DNA from: Acanthaster planci
Lineage: Eukaryota
Direction of reading: 5' to 3'
Length of the DNA: 64,000 bases
Assembly: GCF_001949145.1 (NCBI RefSeq)
Contig: NW_019091361.1
Span: 3,497,854 to 3,561,853, forward strand
A program made the translations under genes and the position numbers. The notes under the pieces were generated by a model that had not been told where the DNA came from, ran no database searches, and saw nothing but the letters and a program-made list of their open reading frames with translations. Positions 38,201-50,200 of the stretch are shown piece by piece; positions within the stretch are counted from its first letter, which is position 1, and the number at the start of each line of letters is the position of its first letter.

Positions 38201-41200
38201 CATAATGCCCTTTTCATTACGGCATACAAGGTGCGGGGGGGGGGAATACTATACACAAAGTATTGTCATCTCAATTATCACTTTGTCTTCCTATGTTATG
38301 CAGGCTCACTCGGCATAAGAAAATGATGTACAGTCTAGAAATAGCCCCAGCAATGAGTGGCCATAAAAAATGCTTATAACCTTCCCCAGTTGCAATCCGG
38401 ATCGAAAACTGGATGTGCCACTGAAAGCAACTATGGAGTGCTACATTTGTGTAAGTTTAGAGAATTTCTTTTTGGGGCAAGGGGAAGCACTTATACCACT
38501 CCCACAAGACACTTACCTCCAATACACGAGGCACTGCACTCGCTGAATCCCACGTACCGCCACACAAACTGCACCTGAAGTGGGCCCCCGTCAAACTCGC
38601 TAGCGGGGACCGTGTTGTCCTCAAATTGGCTGCCGTCCTCGGGTGAGCACTCCGGTCTCTCACACTCGGCAGCGGCATCTGGTTTCTGGAGGTGGGCACA
38701 CTCTGCGTCCGGCAAGTCCTTGAGCATCTGGTTGGAGGGCAGGTAGACTTTACAGCGCACTGACCTGGTGGTGGTGCCCCGGCCACAGGTGACGCTGCAT
38801 GGCCCCCAGTCAGTGGCATGGTAACTGAGGAATTCAGAATAGAACGGAACCAGAGTTTTCATGTTATCCTTTTGTGGGGGTCAGGGGAGGGGAGTGTATG
38901 TGGACTGATGGAGAGTATGATTACTACCTGGGATAAATGGGCCCTCATCCTTGAGAATACCATCAATATAATGTAGATGTTAAGTAATGTTTGCCAATCA
39001 AAGGCTTTGTGAATGTAGAGTGTCGTCCCTACACAGTGCTGGTTCATATGTGACACGACTCAACCTTACTGGACCTGTGCTTGTTTTGTAACACTCTGCA
39101 AAACTTCAATCATCCTTGATTTCTTTCTCACGCTGCCTGCTAAGTCCTGCTTTACTTCTCACCTGGGCACGGAAGATCTTTCAAATGGTTGGTTGGGGTT
39201 CTCAAGATGAATAACCATTTGGGGAGATGAGGTCTCTAGACAAGGAACGTGGGAAACAAGAACTACATCAGCTGCAGATAAAAGTTGGGCAGATGGATCA
39301 GAAAGAGTCCAAGGAAATAATAAACAGTAGATGAAAAAGAAAACCCCAAAAAACAAATAAGACAAGGAAAAAAATTGTATTTTAAAGGCAAAGTAGGCCT
39401 GTGCCTGGTACCCGGGTACCCGCCCGTTGATTTAAAAACAGGCTGGGTAGCCATTTTTCAGGCTGGGTAGCCGAAAAAAAGGAAATAAATTAGGAGCAAA
39501 CATCCACGTATAAAATGTCTGTGAAATGTCATACTGAAGGGCAAACTTGCTGAAAAATCATTGTGCCGCTGAAAACTTGGTCCCGCGGTCATACATGAAA
39601 CTTCAGTTTGGAGATTGACAGTTACTTTGGTTATCCACACCGCCTGGTGTACTGCAGTTGTTTTCCTAGTTCCGGATTTTGCCTAGTTCACAAGAGCGAA
39701 AAAACAACTAAAATTCATGGAGTGATAGGTCACTCACTACTTGTAATTTCAAATACATTTCATATTGAATAGGCATATAAACTTTTGCATCTAATGTCTG
39801 TTTTAATAATCAAAATGATTCCTTTTTTTGTCGATTGACCAAAAACTGACAACATTTTCCCTATACTTTCGGATCGCATGGCGTTATCACGCAAAGTCGT
39901 TGCAAACTCAACTACACAGGCGCAGCAGAAATGTATGTGACGTAATGGGTTCGTCAACTGTGCGGCGGGGGGAGCGTACTGTTGATAGTTCACTGTACAG
40001 TTGAAAAGTCGAGTCAAACATTACGCAATTTCTACTTTTTAATTCATTGGAATTCTTGGAATTTTTGATCTAATTTGCTCAACATTAAGAAATTCTGTAT
40101 TAGAAAAGCAACTTTTTTACAATGGTTCTGGCTGAAAATGGATTTTTCACATGGTTCCTGTTTATTCGTGAAGAAGTTTTTGTCTCGATCCGAAACCAAT
40201 CCAGAACTAGGAAAGGTGTCGTCGTCACTCCCTGTGAGTCCAAATAAACATGTAAAAGCTTAGATTTGAAATTGAGGTATCTACAAAACACAAAGTTGAT
40301 TTTGACAATATTTCAGTCAAATTTGAGGATTTTTGTAGCTGCAATCATACTGAATAATTTTCGCGATTGGGTACTAGGAAAATTACTGTACCAAACCTAT
40401 AGACTGAAAGAAATTTGTCTTCTGAGGTGGAAGCGCTGTTGATGTACACTTGCATGACCGTATTTGTAACTTTCACACCCTGTCAGCCTAAATGACTTTT
40501 GAACAGAAGTGCTAGTGCGTACTGTTTGAGTTAAGAGTGTTTTTGTCAAATAAAACAATATGAATGAAAATTACTTTATGTCGAGATCGACGACGAAGCG
40601 AGAGCGGACTTTCAGCGGTACTGAGACTCCACACGTGCGGTAAGTAGTGAACACGCACAAATTGTGCAGTTGATCAGCCTCTTATTATTAGCTGGTTACC
40701 AAAGCAATGAAGGTGCTCCATAAACCCAAAGAGTCAGAGGACCAGTTCAGTTTTTGATACCAAGAAATATGTCGTAGTCATCATTCAAACTTCAGTTTCA
40801 AAATTACTTTTAAATTAAAGCAATATGAATTTCCTGAGTGATTCAACGGAACTGTGGATGAGGAATCGAACAAAAAAGCAGTAAGGATGTTTCCTGTATG
40901 TACAAAATCACTTCAAATTTAAGTGTTTCTTTCATTCCAAAAAAAAGGAAATGTTGACAGGTCACAATACAGTCAGTCAGTCAAATGTCGCTTGTCAAAG
41001 TACTTATACATTAAAATCTCGACAACTCGAACCTCAGGGGAATGGAGTTATCCTAACAAAATTATTTATTAAAATAAACCCCTTTATTGTGGTACCTTCA
41101 TGTGGTGAAACTTTCGTATCGCTTAGTCTTGTTAACAACGTCAAGCGCTGCACATAGTCCTATTTTTTTCATTTGGGCTTCCTTATGTGTGGTCTCATGA

Positions 41201-44200
41201 CCTTTCCTTTTGCTGTGACATGGCCGCTGCAGTGTCAGCGATTGGATTGGGCCTGCGTTTGCAATCAGGTTAGCTTCAGTAGCTTGAAAGCCAGCATTGC
41301 AGTTTCAGGTAACGTTGGTTTCTGCAACGAGTATACAACTCGTCCCCGTGAAAAAAGAAATGCACTTGACAGTGATGACTCCTACCCTTTCTAGACTTCC
41401 AATACTTTCAACGCTGTTTGAAGCATTTTGGTGGTGGTTGTTTAATCAGAAACTTCAAAATAAGTGGTCATGCAGCATCTGGGACATTTCATGTGAGTGG
41501 TTGCTGGTGTGTTGGTGGTTTGCAGCTCTTGTCTGTTCTGATGTTCCTCGTGAAAATTTGTTTTTCTGTTTCATGTACCCACAAAAAGACAATTTTTCCT
41601 TTTTTTGATAAAAAGGTAGGAGAGATTAACCCAGACGTTTAGAACAATGTGCCGCTTGCTCCCTATGTACGAAGAAGAGCTGTGTTTCGGGCACATGGTC
41701 CACCGGGGTCACGTACAATGCCATTTGTTATTAAGTTATCTCTTTTCCAGGTACCCAAAGTTGACAAAAAACGGGTACCTGGTTCCAAAAATACCCGGAA
41801 ATGCACACCCCTATGGCAAAGACTTGCACCCAATCTGATGCAAACCAGTATCATTAGCTTCAATTTCAGACCAAACCAAATGTTATGGGGAAGAGTATAG
41901 ATCTCCGACAGAACCAAAACCACGTCGCATCATCCCAGGTAAGCTCATAATTCATACTTTAGGAATTACACTGGAGAGTCATCCATTTCCCTGGCACGGT
42001 CGTCAAATTTTTTGCCAAAAGTGTAGATTTTTGATAGAAAATGAAAAATAGTGAATTGAGGCTTCGCATGGCAGAATAATGGTATCAATATTGGTCTCCA
42101 GTCACATGATCTAGGAATCTTGAATGAGATGCAATGGTTTCCATGCAGAACCAAAGGTCTTCTTCATGTCACCAGCCTCTTGATGGACCAGAGCATGTCA
42201 GTCAAAAACTAGTGCTTTCATGTGGGACCTACTGTGCCTCTCAGAGATAATTACACAGCGTTACCCACAAAAGTGATGCTAACAAAGAAATGACCTGTAT
42301 AGTAAAACGTCTGCACTGTCACAAATCTTTTTTACCTGGTCCCCTTACACAAGGCACCCCGACAACACAAGCTTTCGTCAGGGACGGTTGCTTTCGGGGA
42401 TCACAACCACTTGACGACTCATGTTGGCTATTCAGACAAGACACCTTCCTCTGCTTACTGCCTTGCCCACAGGTCACGGAACACTACAAATGGAACAGGA
42501 GAGCAGACTGTGTTTTAACAACTTCTCTTTCAAACTCAAATGACTTGTCAAAGTTTCGTGCACTGTCTTTTTTGAGGTCATGTAGGGCACGGGCTTAATA
42601 CTGAGTACTGGCAATAATTGTGTGACTCAGACTCAAATTGCAACTGATCACTGACTCGGACTTATGCTGGACACTGTGGACTAAGACTTAGATTCGCAAG
42701 GCTAATATCTGGCTGGTGCTGCTGCTAAGGAGCCATACAGGGTTGGATTGGAACTAAAAACTTCCTGCCTTGTGAGTGCGACTGTTTTTATTGGTCATTC
42801 CACTTATCTAAAAATGAAAGCTACAAAGTGGAATGGAAGAACGGTAGTACAGGATTGATTTTAATAGACATCACACACACAAATTTACTGATAACAATAA
42901 AAATTCTATTGACTGAAAAAATAGAAGGATGTTATGTCTGCCCATGGCAGTTTCCCACCATGGGTTTCTCACCATGCATAGTTTTAGACTACACCTACAA
43001 GTATCAACGTCCTCCTTCCATCATGCACCTACCTGAGACCAGTTGCCAGTCATCCAGTGCGGGCAGGGTTCCAGGTTGCAGTTCTGCTTGCTGTGTGGCC
43101 TGCTGCCCGAGCACATATCCTCGTCTACTCGCATCAGCATGTTGTTAGGAGCCCTCTCCACACAGTAAACATTTCTGGTCTGGACCCCACCGCTGCAGGA
43201 CCTTGAGCAGGGCTGCCAGGGATCAGGTTGCCACCTTTAAAAAAAGGTATTACGCTTCAATGATGGACAGTCTGGAAACCAGTATAAAGCCCCAACCGTG
43301 CTTATGCCACACTAATGCAAGACACACATGTGATGCATTGTTTTCTCTGACCAATAAGTTTTTTGTGCTTTAAGTGAAGAAGGTGAGTAAGGGCCATGCG
43401 AAGACAGTAGGCCTAACGGTACCTTCTTGGATAAGTCTATTTACAGGGCTTTTGGTTTTTAAAGAAAAAACCATTTTTGTTTCCGGTCTGATGCACCTCA
43501 GAAGGAAGCTGTGAACCTAATTATGGAGGCCTTTGTAAGAAACCCATTTTTCCTAGTAAAAATGGTGAATTAAACATAAGTATGTTTGCTTTATTCAAGA
43601 AAAGTCATAAACTGACTGCAAGTATGTACCTTCATCAAGCCAAAGATATGTAGATGTGAAATTAGCATGATGGATGTCCCAGGTGCATGACAGTAAGGAA
43701 TGACATTTGGTATAAAAATATCAAAATTTCAATCTTTCTTCAGATATCTTTTAGGTGAACATCTTATTTTCAGGTTTAGTGACACATGAGAAATACAACA
43801 ACCTTCATAGTCTCAAAGCTACATTTAATAAAGTAAGCTTTCCCATTTTGGCATCATCAATTCCCCTTAGTAATAGTGTCTTCTCTTTTCATCCATCCAA
43901 GGACCTCCCCCCTCCTTTCCCTGCCCAAAAACCACAAAGCCAAATTTACTCTGGCGGGCATAACTGCCTGTTGCAGGGTCTTCTCTCAACCTGCGGTCTA
44001 GCCAGCTCACAGCTGCTGTCTGGTTCCCGTAGCCCCGAGGACAAATTGATGCAAACATATACTCGTTGCTGCTCCCCTGGATAGGAGAAGAGACAGGTGA
44101 ATTTCAAATTGAATCAAAATGAAATTAAAAAAGAAAACAGTACAAATATATAGCATTACAAATCACAAATGAAAGGAAAGGGAATGCAACAAAACAGAAA

Positions 44201-47200
44201 GAAACAACATTTACATGGAAATATAACAAGAAAAAATGACAGGAAAAGGAATGAAATAAAACTGAATTTAACAAATTTCAAATGAAAAGCAACCAAATGA
44301 AATAATGCTGACAACAAGTTTAGATTTGACATTTGTTTCTTATTTCCACAGCTGTGTCGGTCTACTACCTTACGGATAATTCAAATTGACAATGCAATTT
44401 TCCGAGGCACCAGGGGACTTTGAACTGACCAGGAACTTGTCCCACTCATTCCATTCAGTCCCACAATGCAGCACACCACACTGATATGCAAGCCTGGCTA
44501 ATAACCCCCTAGTCTGCTGTAAAATTGTACATCAACTTGCTTGTGTGGAGCCCTGCAGAACTGTGGCACATTTGACTTATTTTGGCAAAGAAATGTACTT
44601 GCTACATTTTAAAATAACAGCCATCTGAAACACCAAATGCCCTCAGGTGCACTCATGTAGTTTATGTATGGGAATTTCCAGAGTGCCAGCGGTGATGGGG
44701 GGATGGTATATTAAACTATCCTGTTATCTTTTAAATTTCTACTTAATCTACTTGTTTCTTTTGTAGGAATTGAAAACCCTATTACTTCAGAAACGGTGCA
44801 ACCATTTTCCATCAGGGGGGGTGAGGATTTTTGTTACAGATGAAAAATGCGGTCCGTCATATTTGGGAAAAAGGAAAATTCCCACTTTTCCCCCCTCCCA
44901 CCCCTGGATATGCCACTGGTAATTTCCTTGGGCATGCTTGTGTTCGGAGTTGATCTGTGCGCAGTGACTATAGGAAGGAAGAATCCTGTTTCGAAATCTC
45001 AAAGTGCTCAGAATAAAGCATTCAAAATTACAGCGCAAACAATTCAACGTAAAGAAAGTCAGAAAAAGTATTGAACAAAATAAGCGGACCAGTGAAAATG
45101 CCGGTGAGCTAATAACAAAGTCATCATTACTGGTCTAGCTGACTAGCAAAGAGAAAGTTAAGGGGAAACCCTGCAATGCTAGAGTGAGCAGACCTAGTTG
45201 TGAAATACGCTTACCTTCCTTGTGCGCACATGCTTTGGGCACCATATTTCTTGATTAAAGAACTAGCTAAAACCTACAACTTTGTAGGTGATAATGCTAT
45301 TTTGTGACTGGAAGAATGAGATTCTCTTCCTTAAAAAAAGTCTGGTCCTTTTCAAAAATAAGCTATCATGACATGTTTGTAGCCTCCCTTCAGGGAGTCC
45401 AGGGGTTGCTATAACAAGACAGGGTCCAGACTTCTATTCACCAGATCAACCAGTTAGACACAATGGGCTACAATCATCTCTTCCCCCACCAGTCTAAACC
45501 ACAGAGACACCAGGTATGTCCAAATTCAAGGATGATGGATGTTTTTGCAGCACACTGGTGTTGCTATGCGACAACAGGTCAAGCATGGGTCATGCAGAGT
45601 TAATGTTGAAAGCGATGTGACAATCAAACTGCTGCATATCTTACTGTAGAACTAACAAGCTTTGGGATGGATTTTGACAACAGTACTTTTTCAGTGGAAT
45701 TGCAAATGGGGAAAGCCTGGGATTTCAAATATCAGCATTGCAAAAGAAATTTGGAAATTCCGTGACGAGAGATAAACATAAAGATAAATCTTGAAATCCA
45801 AGAATGAGACCAAGACCTGAAGTTGGCCTAAAAAGTGACAAAAAATGATCTCAGAGAACAGCAGCATGTCAACTTCAAACTACCAGCAATGTCACTCCCT
45901 GATGGATGCTACATAAGGATATCAAGACAATATGAGCGAGAGCAATGCATTTGCACCCCTGTTCACTCAAGTATTAGTATGATGATACATGTACATACTA
46001 CCCATAGGTCAAGTGTGTCATCGGCAAGGTTCATTATGAGTCCCTGTGACCTTCCAGCTGTCAAGTGAGGTCAAGCTTTGCTCAAACAACATTGGTTGGC
46101 AACCAGTGAGTGTTTGGTCTGGACACATGTATGTATACATGAACAGTTTTACATGCTTGGGAGAAACTTGAGAATTTGTGCATCTACCTTATAAATAGCT
46201 GCAAAAGATAAACTATCAAAAGGATGTACTATCAAATGAGCAATGGCTTTCGAGAACCAGGATACCAGTTTGTCCGTTTTAGAACCTGTAGGTAATGATA
46301 ACACAATTCGGTTCGACCAAACTAACATAAACTTTCACCAATGGCCAGTTACATACACCGACATACAACAAAACAATTGATCATATCTACTTACTGAATG
46401 GAACTCGCATCCAGTGGGGAAGTGACAGGCGATGCTCATTCAACGATGAACATGGATTGACCATGAATGAAGACATAACTAACCAGACGAGGCCAATAAA
46501 TGACCCAAAGTGAAGACACCTTGATCCCAAACCTCTCATGATTGTTTTCCAAGTATAACTACTGATCTGACAAAACTCAGTTTCTGAGTTAATTGTGTGC
46601 AAAGCCACGTTCTCACAGTCTGTTCCGTGACTTCCTGACAGGAGTTCCCAGTGCCGGCAATAACCCAACACAAACAAATTAGAATTCAGCCTCCGAGCAC
46701 TTCAAGCAGGGATCCAGAGTCCTTTCAGTTTGCCAAACACTCCAGGCACAAACAACTGGATTAGGAATAGACAATCGCACTTTATGAACCTCTGTCAAAT
46801 GCTCGACAAGAGAACGATGAGTTGGTGTCACTGTGTTGTCCTATCTCCATGGTGTCATAATGGTTCATCTTGCTTGACCTGAAATCCAATTAGGCTGTCC
46901 TACCAAAGAGGGACATTTGACCAACCAGAATTAGTCTGCCAGTGGTGGAGTTCAGACAGCCAATCAGCTTCTCTGCTGGAGACCTGGAACACTCCATTTT
47001 TTTACCTTGGGGGTGAATAAATGGGCTTGGTTACTAGAATTGTACATTTAAGGTGGATGCAACATGCCCATGCTTTGAATGTAAGTTTGTTTTGAAGGCC
47101 ATGCTAAAGTTTGTCTTGTACTCGTACCACATTATTTGGCAGTCGTTCTTGAAACTCTGCTTTTTACAAATTTTTTTTCCTTCTTGAGCATTTGAAGTTG

Positions 47201-50200
47201 ATTTCGTCCCCAAAACTGATGAGTAAGGGATAAAAGGGCATTTAGTCCCTACCTGCAACACCACCATCAACACCTTCAACATCTCCATCCAGGAAGACCT
47301 GGTGTTACTCCACTTCATTGCTGCTGCAAACATTTACATTTGCCAGGCTCTAAGACAAATACAAAAAGACCCAGGGTATACCCACGTTCCTTTCACTGCC
47401 ACAACCTGCTCACACTGGCCCCGAACTGTTGTCATCACCATCGACTTAACTGAACCAGACTGGGGTTCATTTTGCAAATGCCAGAACCAATCTCTGCCAA
47501 CCAGCCACTTTCACCCAGTCAAACAAATTCCTGACCTCTAGCTCCACCCCATGGAGGCATCCAACACCCCTCCTGCAAAGCATCTTCCTTCTGTGCCACC
47601 CCCCATCACCTCTTTTGTATTCCCCAAAGATCTCGCATGCCCTGCATACCTGCTCCTCCATAGGGAGAAGGAGAAAGACTCCATCCTTTGGTGATCCACC
47701 ACAGGTATATTTGTCAACTCGGGTATCATTTGGTTACAGTAACATGATATACCTAGGAATAATAGCATTTCTTTCTAAAAATCTGACTTTGTACACAGCT
47801 AAACTATTTGAACAAACATTTCAGAGAATTTGCACTTCCTACAAGTATATGCTAAAACCTGTGAAAATTTCACGTTGCTACACTTGAGTCACTTAGGAGA
47901 TGAACTTGTGCAGAGAAGGTGAGGTTTATCCAACAAGAAGGTGGCAATCAGTTTAATGACTATTAACACAGGTGAAAATGTGATACTAAACTTCAAGTTT
48001 TTCCCTTAACTTTCACAGAAGAATTTCTGTATGAAGCCATCTCTCCAAGTCCAGTTGGCCCCCCCTAAAATAAGTAGTTTGGTTGTTGGTTAAAAATGAA
48101 GATTGGAGATTGTTATGGGGGGGGGATCTGCAGGCTTTGGTCCTGCTCAAAGTTACAAAGACAAAAAAAAAGAGTTTCCTCCCTTTCAGGAATCCTAAAA
48201 TACCCCCATAGAACAGTGACAAACAGGGAGACAGACTGGGTCCCAGCTCCATTGTACAAAAAAAGAACACCACTCTATAAGTGCCATTTTCCACACTGAT
48301 CTCTATAATGAAAAAAGTGACTGCATGCCAGGAAGGTGCCTACACTGACCACAGGGTTCTGGCCATATTTACCACTAGGGGCACAGGTACATGTACATGT
48401 ACTTGTGCGCTAGTACTACAATTCCCGGCAAATTCCATTCACAGTGGGTGAACCAAAGAACCCACATGTACATGTATCTATGAAGCAATTGACAGTGTCA
48501 TGCCTAATCAAGGATCCTCAATTATGACTTGGTTACAAAATATCCAATGTAATACTAACCAGATGTGAGAATTCTCTGGGTTGTCTGACGTGTCGGTGTG
48601 CTCATTTTACAACTTTATTTTGGCAACATATTCTCAATAGTCAAGCTACAAAAATCACTGCAATCCTGCCATTATTTTTAGAACATGGAGAATACATTTT
48701 TTTAATGCTTACAACCAAAACAGGTTCATTGTATATTATCATGATGGCTGTTTATGATCATTAATATGTTTATGTCTGTCATATTTTAATTTAAGGTTTC
48801 TTTTGGTAACACCGAATTCTGAAAATTAAATTTAGTTTACACGAGCGCTGGAATCCCTTCCAGTTGCAGCTGGCACCGACAGTATGGTGCCGGTATAATA
48901 CAGACTGATGCATGTGGCAGATGCACAAATCTAGCACTGCATGATTTTCACAACCTGAAACAATGATGTCCCTTAAAAAAAAAAACAACAACCCAGGCAG
49001 CATACTTGCCAACGCACTGTTTCCCCTCATTTATGGTTCCATTAGGGAACTTGATTCCCTTCAGGCAGGGATTTACTCTCTGGAAAATTACTTGCACAAT
49101 AAATATGAATGCTGCCAACCCTTGTGAAGATACATGTATGGTATGTAACTATGGTAACCAAATGACAGCTAATTATCTTGTTAAAAGGCAAAGCAGGTGA
49201 GCTGATGGGCCTATGTACCACTAAATAAGGCAAAATCCTGGTGGCAGCCTCTACTGCATTACAGGTATCCTTGACATGCTTGCCTAAAAAATAGGTGAAC
49301 TAAAAACTTCTTATGAGACCGAAGGAGAGGGATTTGGTGTAATGAATCATTTAATCACTCACCAACGGTAATATTCCACAATGAACTTGTTCCAGGCATG
49401 ATATTATTTGGGCCTATAAAAATTATCAACCTTTGAAAAAAGAGACTGCATCCAGAGTCCACAGAGACTGATGTAACATGCAGTGACCCTTGGTGGTCAT
49501 CTATTCAAGATTTATCTTTATGTTGCTACGCTGTCGTAATGTTGTGGAGCATATTTGCTTCTGGTATAAGACCCCAGCCATGGCCCACGAGGGCCCATAA
49601 CACATGCTCAACCTCCACAGTGTACATGTAGTTCCAGCCTCCATGTGTGAGCAAACTAACTGGGAATCACTCAAGCACAGAGATGAGTATAAACATCACC
49701 AATCACTGCATACAGAATTTGCCAGAGCATTGAGTGTCCTCCAGGCTATGACACAGGAAATCCCTGTGTATTGACGCATTATCAGTGCGAAAAGGCTAGC
49801 CGTACATCTGAAATTCAGATGGTTGGACTTCCCATTTCAGCTGAAACCTTGCACATACATGTACAGTTCCCAGGATAATTGGCAGTCTTACCTGATCCAC
49901 ATGTCACCGAGCAATCAGACCATCTATTACTTCTCCAGCCATATTTGATTGGTGCGAGGTAGCGGTAATGAACCGTCTCTGGCTCTGCTAAGGGCTGGCT
50001 GAAAAGAACCTGCCAAAAAACAATTAGATAACACCTGAACTATCTCTTTCAACGGCTGTACCGGTAAATGATTTCTCCAAGTTCCATGTATCGGTACCTC
50101 AAGCGTGTACAATTATTTTCCTCGCACTTACTCGTGCAAGCATGCATGCATTTGATATGACACTCGAGTGACTACTTGTCCTTATTTTGGCCGGGCCCAT

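Noticed and set aside
45209..45260. Another minus-strand GTAAGC donor preceded by a short ATG frame (MVPKACAHKE)
   Set aside because: It is phase-compatible with exon 44076 but has no signal peptide or other support, and could be chance.
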